From Nemertoderma westbladi (Eukaryota; Animalia; Xenacoelomorpha): a stretch of DNA of 64,000 nt. Below the pieces are notes generated by a model. That model was not told the origin of the DNA, did not search any database, and saw nothing but the letters and a program-made list of their open reading frames with translations. This document shows, one piece after another, positions 21,607 through 34,282 of the stretch (the stretch's first letter is position 1; the number at the start of each line of letters is the position of its first letter). The stretch is taken from positions 693 to 64,692 of the forward strand of contig JAUCBJ010005522.1 of the NCBI GenBank assembly GCA_032718475.1, given 5' to 3'. Position numbers and translations under genes: made by a program.

Positions 21607-23208
21607 TACAACAAAAAAGATTCACCGGAAAGGGCAGATTGAACGCTCTACCAACTTCGCCCCTGCGCCGTATGAAGCCTTATTACTAAAACCTAAAAAT
21701 GGAAATTAACAACAACTACAACACCGTAAATTCTGTATCTGTATTTTTTAAAACTATATCCAACAATTCGACCAATTCTGAAATGTTAAATAAATAGCTT
21801 TGTTGTTTACGATTCTTTTGACTTTAAGAGTAGAGTTGAGCCAATGTGACGCATGTTTATTTCAAATTTTTCTGATTGTTAGAAATATACATCCCGTGAT
21901 TAAGTTATTACTTTCAGCTCCATGAAGCAAAATCCAATTACGAATCCAAATACCCGCTACCAGTAAGTGCTGAATTTAATGGAGATTCCAAAAATAGCAC
22001 TTTCATTGAGATGCGATTTTTAGTCTTGGAGACGAAAGACCTTCAGGTGTAGGTTGCGACAAAATGAATGACACCGGTACCACACCGCGTACGGTAACGT
22101 TGTACCAGTAACGACCTAGTTATTTCGATACATATTCGATGCATATGTGATGAATGACTTAGTGTTAGGTCTACCTCAGCGTGATCGTATAATAAAGTAC
22201 TTTGAAAACACAATAAAATAATAATATTACTTTATTTCACGACGTGATATAAAGCACCCCATAGTCCATCATTGGGTTTACTTTATTTCACGGTGTATTT
22301 CACACCGACTTGAAAATAAAAGAGTATTGTTTTCAATTAATACCAATTGATTATTGCTATATTGTATTATTATTAATTATTTTACCTATTTTTTCCATTT
22401 ATCCTTTTCATTTATCTATTTATTTTATCTAAATTATTAATTATTTATTATTTCGACAATTTATCGAAGAGCTGATTTTGGTTTAAAAACAACCGCGATT
22501 AAAGTACGCTTATTCGAGACTAACGCGAATAAGATATAATAACAAAAGCTTTACGGGGTTTTTTCTGTATCTGAAACACGTACTGTATGTATTAACTCTA
22601 ACAACTGTATCTTCACTCCTATCTATTTATTAAATTTTTTGCGCAGTTAGAAATAACATTCTTAATTGGACGCGTGACCCCTAAAAAATTGAAAATGTGA
22701 CCCAGAATAACCCATGATTGAGACGGGAAAAGAGAAAGTTTTTAATTAATTTAATTAATTATACAGTTTTTAAAAGCGGATCTAACATAATTTCCAAGTT
22801 AGATAGAGTCAATGAATGGTATTCATTTGCTTATTTCGGAAGCAATACTTATTTTTTTCAACTATAATTAGATATTTCCTCGTATCGTTTCTGACTCGCC
22901 CCACGGCTTGTATTAACAGAAATTGATTGGGATAATTCCTAAAGCTCGGCCACCCAGTGTGACAGGAAAGCCAGATTTATAAATTGCCGTAACAAAAGCA
23001 CTGTGAGATATAATGATAAGTTACTGTAGTAACAGCTAAATCAGATTCAATATTTACTAAAAATTACAATGCATATTATTGAAAATAAATATTAGTTAAG
23101 GTTAGTGATACCAAACCAAGGACACCGTCACACAATAATTGTGTGTTACACCAAGTAATAAACCGACCAGCCTAACTCAAGCAGCTGCCCAATCACATGC
23201 GTATTGTG

Positions 23209-24464
23209 AGGGTTTAAAAAATTCATAGACTTGAATTATTTCACGTGAAATATTTCAATGAAATTTTGGAAATTTAAATTTTTTTAAATTTCATGAGATT
23301 TATTCCAATCAGAGTATATATTCAGCGACTCATAACTTTCGCCACTTATTCCACTAGTCCATAACTACTTTATTAGTTTTAGACTGTTTTATATATTTTA
23401 TTTTAGATTTAGACACATTTTTACTAGACTGTATTCTGGTTTTGTCTCCTCCCACTACAATAATAATCCTCGATGTAGGCTTGAAAATCATAAATAATAA
23501 GTTGTTATATATATTATAATTATATTTAATTAAATCATATAACAATAAATCCCAACCCAATATTTATCTGACTAAAACTAAACACTAAACAGTCTAGTCT
23601 TCAAACACCTCGAACTCCAATAACTGACTTAGTTATTAGCACCCACTCTAACTGACTTAGTTATTAGCACCCACTCTAACTGACTTAGTTATTAGCACCC
23701 ACTCTAACTGACTTAGTTATTAGCACCCACTCTAACTGACTTAATTATTAGCACCCACTCTAACTGACTTAATTATTAGCACCCACTCTAACTGACTTAA
23801 TTATTAGCACCCACTCTAACTGACTTAGTTATTAGCACCCACTCTAACTGACTTAGTTATTAGCACCCACTCTAACTGACTTAATTATTAGCACCCACTC
23901 TAACTGACTTAATTATTAGCACCCACTCTAACTGACTTAGTTATTAGCACCCACTCTAACTGACTTAGTTATTAGCACCCACTCTAACTGACTTAATTAT
24001 TAGCACCCACTCTAACTGACTTAATTATTAGCACCCACTCTAACTGACTTAATTATTAGCACCCACTCTAACTGACTTAGTTATTAGCACCCACTCTAAC
24101 TGACTTAGTTATTAGCACCCACTCTAACTGACTTAGTTATTAGCACCCACTCTAACTGACTTAATTATTAGCACCCACTCTAACTGACTTAATGATTCCT
24201 GAATGCATCGACTCTTATATAAAAGGTTCGCAATAGGAGATTGTGAGGCAATTCAGTTGTACAGTATTTACCAGTCACACATTAACAATTGCGTTCTCCT
24301 TCATAAACTATCCGCTTCATCAAATAGGCCCCAGGTACCCCTCATCCCCCCAAATCCACCCACACCCCCCGCATTGTTCAATTAAAAAAAAAAATTAATT
24401 ATGTTTCACAAAAAATTCAAAAGTTTCATGAGTCATTTTCAGTATCATGACTTTTTTAAACCCT
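23209..24464. mobile_element. Non-autonomous TIR element enclosing a tandem array
   Basis: Imperfect ~27-bp TIRs agggtttaaaaaattcatagacttgaa and ttcagtatcatgacttttttaaaccct; no clean TSD seen. Confidence 0.55.
23621..24193. repeat. 28-bp tandem repeat C, 20 full units
   Basis: TAACTGACTTA(G/A)TTATTAGCACCCACTC with one variable position. Confidence 0.97.
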
Positions 24465-27414
24465 AGTGTGATACACTGCACAATTTAATCAAAGAAATCA
24501 CGACGGAAACACAAATCACGACGAAATCACGAATCATGGCATCAGTGTTCGTGTTCAATCATATAAAACTCATTAGTTTTGGAGAAAGGGGGATTGGGGG
24601 GGGGGGGGGGGGGGGGGGATTCAACGCAAATCCCATTTCGGTGAATTAATATCTCGCATCGAAAATAAAAAGGAGCTAGTTAGTTACAATGACATGTTAT
24701 TCTAAACAAAACAATAAACGACAATTAATATCAGAGGTGATACTTAAATTTTTGCTTGTAATCAGTTTTTTTGCGTCGAATTTATCATGGAGAAGGATGT
24801 GTTTTTTTGGATTGTTGGATTGGATTGCATCAAGCCCCCCCCCCCCCCCCCCCGACCTACTTCCTGCCGTTTTGTGGTTAATACATAATTAATATATATT
24901 ATTGCAATAAACTTAAATAATATATATAACAATCAATTTATATATATAAGAATAATAATGTAATATAAGAAATAAATCAAACAGAACCCAGTAACGCTAT
25001 AGGACAGTTGTAATGGCACATTTTAATTCGCCACTAATGGGAAGTTAATAACCGTGACATTAATATCAGTAACGCAGGGTAGTTTAATAGCTATATACTG
25101 GACTGGAAGTACAGGGTTCAATTCCAATCGATGACGAATTCAATATCTTTTTGCTTCTCTAGTAAGCGCGTTGTTCGTCCTTCAAGGTTATGTTTATTTT
25201 ATTATCACCTTAAAGAACCGTTCAAGTAATGAGGAGAGATAGGGTGCCCTACCTTTGGAAATTATATTTAGGGCAGGGTACGTATCTTATTTGGGGGGTG
25301 GGGTAGAGGCAGAATAAATATATTATTGGGGGTGGGTAGGTAGGTAATGTATCTTATTTGGGATTCTATGTGTCTTGTACTTATATATACATACACCGCA
25401 CTCTATCAGGTTGCCTTCCTTACCGCAGAGATTTAATCAGATCGGACAGTTAGCTGATATTTCAGAGACAGCGGCCAGTTCTGGCTTTATATATATCCCT
25501 TTTATCCCTATTTAAATATAGATGCTATTTTTTTAAGAATTTATATTTAATACTTTTGTATGAGTGTAGGGGGGTTGGGGATCTCTCCAAAAGAAACATT
25601 TATTGAGCATCAATACTTGAACGACCCCTAAGGATATTTAAAAAAAAATATATATATATATTATTAATAACTAAAATAAGTGCCTCAACCAGATAGTGAA
25701 TAAAATATTACATAACCAATTTCGCTTTCAATAACCAACATATTGTAAAGCTACGCAATACAATATTGATCATTTCGCCTTAAGGTTTACCATCCCCGTC
25801 CAAAATAAGGTTAAAAAACTAAAAAGTTGCGTTAAAAATAATTAGTTAGCGAGCAGATAATTAATTATTCCTAAAATTAATTCGATAAGGTAAGGAATTT
25901 CCCGTTTCGGTTACTGTATAAGTTTATTAATTTCAATTCGTCGCTTAATATTCCCCATCCTCTTATTCTCCTTAATATTAGTAGTTCGCGAGCCAATTTC
26001 ATAAACAAATCACTATACCGGTACGCCAAGCGCTCACACTGTCACACCCAAAATTTAGATATAATATCCAAGAAAATAATATATAACCAAAGTTTATGCA
26101 CTATATAAGGAAAAGGAAGATAAATTATAAACTATGTGTCATATTTTCTAGGCTATTTCTTTATATGTAGTTAATTTTCTAACATTAAACGCGAATCCGG
26201 TTACTGTGTATGCATCTACAAAGGCTTTAAGTGATGGCTGTGCCCTCTTGTTTAGGATACAACTTCTGATAAATATATTTTCGGCCTTCTTACTAACTTG
26301 GTTAATGAAAATAAACATTCATTCTTCAATTAAATGTTATATTTTGCTTTCAAGTCGGCGTGCAACAGGCCAAAATTAGGTACCGGTATCGCTATGGTTT
26401 ATATAATAAAGTTAACGACGCAATAGGCTATATATATAGCACCAGTATTAATTCTCCTAGTATTGTAGGAATCGTGTTTGTTTACCATATGCTCAATATC
26501 TGAGGACTATGTAATGCAGTTTTTGTTGCTACTGGTAACAACACAGTCTTGGTAAACCTACAATATAGTTTTATATTTCGGAAAGATTAAAACACTTCGA
26601 CATTCAGTATTCGTTTCAGCATTATGCTAAATTGCGGGAGCGAACCTAAACGGTCAGTCCAGTGTGTCGTACGAAAGCCATAAAAGCAACAAACTTGAAA
26701 ATAAAATTTCATATTCCATTTAAATAAAGTATTCTTTCCATATTTTCCCTTTTAGACTAATTTAAATCAACTATATAATACCGGTACCGCAACGGGAACA
26801 TTCCGCTAAAAATATAAAGTTAATTGCAATAAAACTATCGCCAGGCCCAAATGTATATGTATATGTATATATATTGTATATTATGTAAATTATGGTATAT
26901 TGTATATACTATACATACAATATACATTATACACATATATACATAAAGCTCATTCACACAAACCCACATACAACTAATCAAAGGTATCCGTCATACAGAC
27001 AGTTAATTAATATGTAAATGTTATCAATTTACATAGTACATGCTCAGCTCATTGCTCATGCTTAAAGGTTGTATGTACCGGAAGTATAACCTAATGAAAT
27101 GAAAACAATTTAATTTTAAACAGATTGAAATGGAAATGAGACAATGAGTGCATCAAACTGGTAGTATATTCTACGAATAGGTTAATTCATTCCCATAAAA
27201 TAAATATCATAAAGAAACTAGGAAAACTATTTCACAGTTTAAAAATAAATAAAAGTTGATTAGCTGTTTTAAATTAAATAGATAACATTGATGCGGATGG
27301 TTGGAACTCGCAATGTGTCTCTTAAGCTACAACAGTAACGGCAGATCAAAGCGATTTGTGTTTATAATAAATCTAAATTATAGAATTAATGGATGGTCCC
27401 CAACAGTTGGGACT

Positions 27415-28626
27415 TTAACGACATTCCCAAATCTTGATATTAAAATCGACTGAACCCGTAATAACATAAGGCGCAGTTCTATGGAAATCTAACGAGGTCA
27501 CGAAGTGATCGTGAGCTGTGATAGTCTTGAGACAGCGCTGGTTCTTATAGTCCCAAACCCGTATAGTTTTATCATCGGAGGCGCTGACAACGTACTTGCC
27601 GCCCGGATGGAAGAGGACGCCTCTCACCCAGTTCCCGTGCCCAATCAGCGAGACCAAGCAAACGCCTTTGAGGACGTCCCACAACTTGACCGTTTTATCT
27701 CGCGAGCCGCTCAACAGGAAGGCCCCGCCGGTCTGCGCCCCTAGGACCTCGGCGATTACACGACTGTTCGACTCGCTAGACCACGATAGACACTCGACTA
27801 CGTGGCTGTGCTCCAACAGATGGAACTTCTGTTCCTTCGTCTCGATGGACCAAACGATCACCGACTGATCGTTACTGCAGGACGCGATTAGCTTCCCATC
27901 GGGACTAACCCGCACCATCCGGACCCACTCCTTATGACCCGTAAAGGTTTTGATGCAATAACCCGTGGAGATCTCCCACATCTTTATCGTCTTGTCCCTG
28001 GAACAGGAGATGATGTGGTCCCCGGAAGCGACGAAGGTCACCGACGAGATGTTATGGTCGTGGCCGTGCATCGTCTTAATGCAAGAATAAACTCGAAAAT
28101 CCCAGAGTTTGAGGGTGAGGTCTGCGGAACAGCTGACGAGCAAAGAACCGTTACTGTCGAAGGATATATCCTGCACCGAATCGGTGTGGCCCTTGAGCGT
28201 GCGTTCGAAGTCACCGGATTCGTAGTCCCAAACCTTTATAGTGGCGTCCTCCGAACAGGAAACCAAAACACTGTAAATCGGATGGAAGATCACTTTGTTA
28301 ACCGGCATTCGATGCCCACTTAGAATGTACCGCTCGGGCGGTCTTGGGATCCATTCCAAAGGCGATCTATCTTTTTTACTCGGGGCGCACGAATATTCCT
28401 TCTCGGTGTCGGAAATCTTGGCCTCCAAATCTAAGACTTTCTTTTGAAGGCGAATCACTGACGTCCACTTCTTCTCTAGAAGACCAGAAAATTTATTTTC
28501 AATTGTCTCATTGCCGAGGCCGGTCTCCTGGATAAATTCTTTGAGGGCGTTGTCGTAGCCACTCGCTTCCAAGTAGTCTGCAATTGCTTTATTTAATTCT
28601 TCTTTTTGCCTTTGTGAAAGCACCAT
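27415..28626 (-). CDS. PAFAH1B1: Lissencephaly-1 (LIS1) dynein regulator; single exon
   Basis: N-terminal Lis[20 protein letters not shown], coiled coil [22 protein letters not shown], seven WD40 repeats, C-terminus KIWECR. Confidence 0.98.
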   Translation of the reverse strand: MVLSQRQKEELNKAIADYLEASGYDNALKEFIQETGLGNETIENKFSGLLEKKWTSVIRLQKKVLDLEAKISDTEKEYSCAPSKKDRSPLEWIPRPPERYILSGHRMPVNKVIFHPIYSVLVSCSEDATIKVWDYESGDFERTLKGHTDSVQDISFDSNGSLLVSCSADLTLKLWDFRVYSCIKTMHGHDHNISSVTFVASGDHIISCSRDKTIKMWEISTGYCIKTFTGHKEWVRMVRVSPDGKLIASCSNDQSVIVWSIETKEQKFHLLEHSHVVECLSWSSESNSRVIAEVLGAQTGGAFLLSGSRDKTVKLWDVLKGVCLVSLIGHGNWVRGVLFHPGGKYVVSASDDKTIRVWDYKNQRCLKTITAHDHFVTSLDFHRTAPYVITGSVDFNIKIWECR

Positions 28627-28940
28627 CTTATATTTTGTTAGATGTCACTGGTCTGAGCGCGAAAAGGCCTCAAAATCAATATTATTTTCAGTATAATACA
28701 GAAATAGAAACCCTAAATGATTAGGCCTAAATTACCGGTATGCTAAACATTACAGTTACCGGTACCTAAGTGAAACTGACTAAAACAAAAACATAAACAA
28801 CCAATGCAATAGCCAAAACTTTATTTTATACATCCCAATGCCCATTTCTGCATTTCCCAACCCAATAACAAAATACTTATAATAGTCAGACAGTACGGTA
28901 CTGAGCTAGGCCTATGTTAAACAATACAGCTAGGAACTTC

Positions 28941-29324
28941 CTGCCAAAAGGGGCTGTCCAGACAGCCAAAATCGCGCTGGACAATTTCATGAATTCGTCA
29001 TTGAATATCATGGGAAAATAAATATTTTGGTTTTTGGAAAATAAATATTTTGGTTATGCGTTAGGCCTATAAAGAAAGCTATACCAGCAGATAGAGGATT
29101 TCTTACTTTATATTATGTATGAAAAAAAATTAATTATTATGCATGCTTTTGTTTTAATTAACAATTAATCACATTCCTGCCCCATTTTGGCTGCCCTGTC
29201 TGGGTTTTAACAATGATCACTAGTACAGCTCTATGGGGAGTACGTCAACAAAAACATGTCTAGAGAGTTTTCCTGTGGTAAATCCAGCCTGGTATTGGCT
29301 GTTAGGACAGCCCCTTTTTGCCAG
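28941..29324. mobile_element. MITE with ~40-bp imperfect TIRs upstream of LIS1
   Basis: ctgccaaaaggggctgtccagacagccaa ... ttggctgttaggacagcccctttttgccag. Confidence 0.7.
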
Positions 29325-29334
29325 TTAGGGTAGG

Positions 29335-29640
29335 CTTCTTAAATAGGAAGTTTTTTTTTCTTCCTAAATAGGAAAAAGTGCTTCCTATATAGGAAATTTT
29401 TGCCATTTTTCTGAACATTTTCTTCGTTATCTTTTGAAATAAATTTTAGCGGCATATTTGAATTCTTGCTTATTGCAGGTTAATCTTTACTACGTTTGTT
29501 GTGAAAACTAGAAAAAAAACTATCTGTGCGTTCGCTTTCTATAGCCATTTTAAAAACGTTACTTTTTCCGAGAATTTCTTATATAGGAAATATTTTTTGG
29601 ACTTCCTATTTAGGAGTTTAACTTACTTCTTATTTAAAAA
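29335..29640. mobile_element. Foldback MITE built from ttccta(a/t)ataggaa modules
   Basis: Three modules at 29335-29400 mirrored at 29570-29640. Confidence 0.55.
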
Positions 29641-29839
29641 ATTTTATGTATATATTTTTCTTAAATAAGAAAATATATATATATATATTCCAGCAGTTCA
29701 TTCCTGAGCTGACCTGATAGGGCTGGGATACTGTTGTTACTTGTTACCCCGTCATCCTGTCTAGGCTATATGTTTTGCAGTTACAGATAATACAGCAATA
29801 TAAAAGTACATCGCTCCAACACAGATGACAGAGGGATAT

Positions 29840-30470
29840 TTTTTACAATAATTATTACAGTAATAATTATTGATTAATAATATTTTTAAAATAATTAATA
29901 ATTATTAATGCATTTATTTTTATAATAATTAATGATTATTTATGGATCAAACAATAATATTTTTGTAATAATTAACGATTAATATTTATTCATGCAATAT
30001 TATTTTTACAATAGGCTGATAGGATAGCAGATAGGCCCAATTAATAATTATTTTGCAATAATAATTTAAAATAATTAATAACTAGGCCTATTGTTGCAAT
30101 ATTATTTTTACAATAATATTTTTAAAATAATTAATAAATTATTAATGGAATATTATTTTTATAATAATGAATGCCATGTTATTTTATAATAATTAGGCCT
30201 AATGATTATTTATGGATCAAGCAATAAGAACAACTTTGAAATACAAAGAACCGTCAAAATTAATATAACACTTAACTGAAATATAAAGCTGTAAAGTATA
30301 GTCCTAGAATATTAATAATTTCAGCTTATTATAAATTAATACAAGCTGACAAGGCTCAATATTGAGTCAATATTTTTGTAATAATTAACAGATTAATAAT
30401 TATTTTTACAATACCAGTCACCAGTAGGCTTACCGGTAATTAATAATTACTTTGCTGCTTTGCAATAATA
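29840..30470. repeat. Degenerate AT-rich tandem repeat / local duplication
   Basis: Recurrent aataattaat...tatttt(t)acaata; 29880-29960 duplicated at 30115-30225. Confidence 0.7.
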
Positions 30471-31254
30471 TTTTAAAACAATTATAAGTTGCCGATATAG
30501 CCGGATCAATCGTCACCTTTAGTTGAGTCTACTGTTCAATTGCCGGACTGTCAGTGCACAGTGGCCGAGGGGTTACTGACCGAGGGTTCACCGACAGGGG
30601 TGGCGATCGCGAAGTAGGGTGATTGTACGGCTCAGCATCGCCGTATGGCCGAGGTAGCATCTACAGTACAGGTACTGTACTGTAGCATTCAGCAATTATA
30701 TATATTCGTAATTATACAATTTTGAAATATAACCAAACCACAAACTTTAAATACTACTGTAACTACAGTACGGTCATTCCACGCAAAATTCAACCACAAC
30801 GCAATTTTCAACATTTTTACATTTTCAGTTGGTTCTATTAATTTACCAAACAATAATTATACAGTACAATATGTAGTTTGGTAAAATTCTAAACTTAAAA
30901 CGCATGTAAAACAGCGTTTTTGTTAAAATTCAAATTCATTAAGAATAATAAAGAGTTTATTTAATTAAATTAGTGAAAATTAATGAATATGGACAACATT
31001 TTAAAACCCTTGCCAAGGGAGGTCACCAAGGAATTAATAACTCATAAAATTCACACAGAATCACTAAACTGCTTCCTACTTAAATGTAAGCATTTTAATA
31101 GTCTAGCGAGACATGAAATAAGTATTTAACCCTAGCTTAATATGTTACGCACTGTTAAGTATAAAGTTAATAGGAAAAGTTAGAAAAAATAAACAGAGAA
31201 GCTATACGTATTATAAGCCGGTTAACTATTAGTTGTTCCATTGAACCATTACAC

Positions 31255-31926
31255 CCGGAATCTGGCATACTGTCACTGCAAGAGAGTCGTGACATTCAAA
31301 AGTTGTGTATTTTTTATAAAATGTATAAAAACACTGCCCCTATGCATCTAACTGATTTACTGCCACCATTATTATCTTTAACAATGCCATATCCCACTAG
31401 AAGCAGCTCCGATGTATCAATTTTCAGGACCCCATTTGTCAGAAATAAGTATTACAAAAATTCCTTTCTATCTTCAACAGTCCGCATGTGGAATGCCCAC
31501 CCGCCTGAAATTCGCAATTCCTTAACTATCAACTCATTTAAAATAATGTGCCGTAATTATATATCCCCCAATAATACAGTAGACAGGGTGCCAGAATATT
31601 GGGTAATAGGAAAGCCTGCAATAAACGGTCTACTTGCCAGACTTAGGCGTAATTGCTCTAGCTTAAACAGTGATCTATAGTTAAATCATATATCTAGCAA
31701 CCCAGCTTGCCTCTGTGGCTTAAAACGGGAGGATGCATACCACTATTTTATGGAGTGCCAACGGTATGAAATTCCCCGAGGAATCCTGCAAGCGGCTATA
31801 CAACAACTTGGCATCCGAATAACGTTGCACATCCTTTTGAACGGTCCTCCTACTAAAACTAATAAAGCCTTAGCCATATCCTTGCAAAATATTGTTGAAC
31901 GATTTGTGGTGTCGACTGAACGATTT
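31255..31926 (+). mobile_element. 3' fragment of a CR1-clade LINE ORF2 with C-terminal zinc-binding motif
   Basis: FYKM....P..L..LLP, NSFL.STVR.WN, ARLR..CSSLN.DL*...C.CG...ED..HYF.EC..Y; one internal stop at 31678-31680. Confidence 0.8.
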
Positions 31927-32241
31927 GTGGTGTCGGCTGAACGATTTGTGGTGTCGACTGAACGATTTGTGGTGTCGACTAAACGATTTGTGGTGTCGAC
32001 TGAACGATTTGTGGTGTCGGCTGAAAGATTTGTGGTGTCGACTGAACGATTTGTGGTGTCGACTGAACGATTTGTGGTGTCGACTGAACGATTTGTGGTG
32101 TCGGCTGAACGATTTGTGGTGTCGACTGAACGATTTGTGGTGTCGACTGAACGATTTGTGGTGTCGACTGAACGATTTGTGGTGTCGACTGAACGATTTG
32201 TGGTGTCGACTAAACGATTTGTGGTGTCGGCTGAACGATTT
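31896..32241. repeat. 21-bp tandem repeat D, 16 units
   Basis: TGAACGATTTGTGGTGTCG(A/G)C. Confidence 0.97.
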
Positions 32242-33278
32242 TCTGGACTGGGATACTGATTGCCACCTTCTTACTCAATTACATAAACGCCCGATGTCTA
32301 ATAGTCCAGTTTTAGCTCTGTGCCAGGTATAGTGGTAGGTCACTAATGGTGCCTTAATGCCTGATTCACTGCACGTTCAACCAGCAGTCAATCATTTTCC
32401 AAACTCCTTACGAACGGCGGTCGATTTTGTAATACAAGAAAAAGAAAGACTTCCTCTAATAAAATAAAATAACATATAAATGTATTTAACTTATGATAAA
32501 ATTGAAATTATATGTTTTAAAAATAATAACTGACTGTTTTAATATCAGTCTAGTGTCTTGTCCAGTGCACTCTACTATAATATATTTGTCTAATCTATAA
32601 CTTTATTGTTTTAGGATGGGATGGGTTTTCGGTCGCAAGTACAAATTGAATTTACGGCACCCTAAAGTCTTTCTAAAAAACATTCATTCAAATAATACAT
32701 GAAACATAATTTGTGAAACAAGATTAATGCTTGACAAGATTGATTATTTTAATAACATAATACAATATCAAATTAACAATTAATATAAGAGAAACTTCTC
32801 TGTAGTTTCTCTGTGTATACGCAGTTTCATTATAATGACCTAAAGAAGCCCTGTTGGGAGAAAGCTTGTAATAACATTTGTTATTCATTTCATTAGTCAC
32901 CTCAGGTCAAACCGTACTACCTTTACTGTTTGATTAATATGATAACTATGTTGACGAGAGCGCGAGAATTCCTTCTTAAAAACTAAGAAAGGCTTTCGAC
33001 TTTCAAGTACGATAGAACGGCTACAATCTTGTGTTGTTTTAGCTTAATAGAGACATTGAAATATCACCTGCCCCTGGCGTTTATATTTGAGCATATTTTA
33101 AATGTTTGCCTCATATTCAATTGATGTGTACCGCCTTCTGGCAAAGCGGCACCCAGTTTAAACTATCAATCACAGCTAGTGAGTAGCGACCTTCAAACAA
33201 ACAGGTGCAGAGTCGGAAAGAACTGTCACATGCTTTGCTTGGCTTGTGGTACCATTTGATTACATAATAGATTTTGGC

Positions 33279-34282
33279 AGACTGGAATCTATCACGAAAT
33301 CTATCAGCTGATTTAATGTCGATGTGGAGCTTTCTTAACTTTCTTTGTTCGGCTCACTCGACCAATCAGAGCGATTTTCATTTTATTTGCACAGAAGCCT
33401 ACGGGAAATCGCGCAATGCATGACGGTCTTTGTTTACCTTTTCCTGAGCCCCAGAACATCGGCTTTGGAATTATTCTGAGTTTCAGACTTTAGCCAAACA
33501 TTAGAAGGCTTTGATTATAGGAACATTTTTTGATATAACTGTTATCACGGTACAGTCCAGTCAACTCAATGCATTACGTCCTACCCAACTTTCACCGCAT
33601 TATTTTACTTCTGTTTACTGTCGGTTATTAATTGTTATAAGTTGATGGATATGTTGTTATATTTGGAGAATATCGATAAATAATCATAAAACCCCAATCT
33701 TCTTGATATACTGAAGGTAAGAGGGACCAGTTACCTGTAGCAACTGCGACTTACATTATAGTGGTTTTGGAGTGAATGGAAAGCTATTTCATAATCCCTA
33801 CATGTGTCAGTTGCTATTCTCCTTATATATGATCAAATTTAGTGAAGGTCGGCAGATCAGTGTGCAGCAGTGTGCGGTAGTGTGCAGGAGTGTGACCGAT
33901 AACAAAGCATTTCCTAAAGAATGCGCTTTATACGAAAATCATTAGCCATCCCGTTGTGTTTAGTGCAAGTCATAACTCTGTTTACATACTTAGAGCGCCA
34001 CGTCCTAAAGGAACTTTTTAATATTTCCCGAAAGTGAATAATATTTGTCAGAGATATTATAGTAATGAGCAATCGAATAATACAGTAAGTCTACACCGCA
34101 ATAAGGTCAGAGCATCCGAATCCAGTCTCCCTTAACTGTGGGTGAATGGTCGCGCATAGGCTGGCTTCGGCTAATGTAACTTTATGTGCACCAAATACTT
34201 GTTATAGGCTAAAGTCGATTTATAAACTAGAAGACACCTAAAATTGGCAGGTTAAACTGCTAAAGGTCTAAAAGCGCGAACA
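33279..34282 (+). repeat. BEL 5' LTR (left end apparently missing)
   Basis: Colinear with 50445-51315 plus 52205-52351; no TG start and no TSD at its left boundary. Confidence 0.8.
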
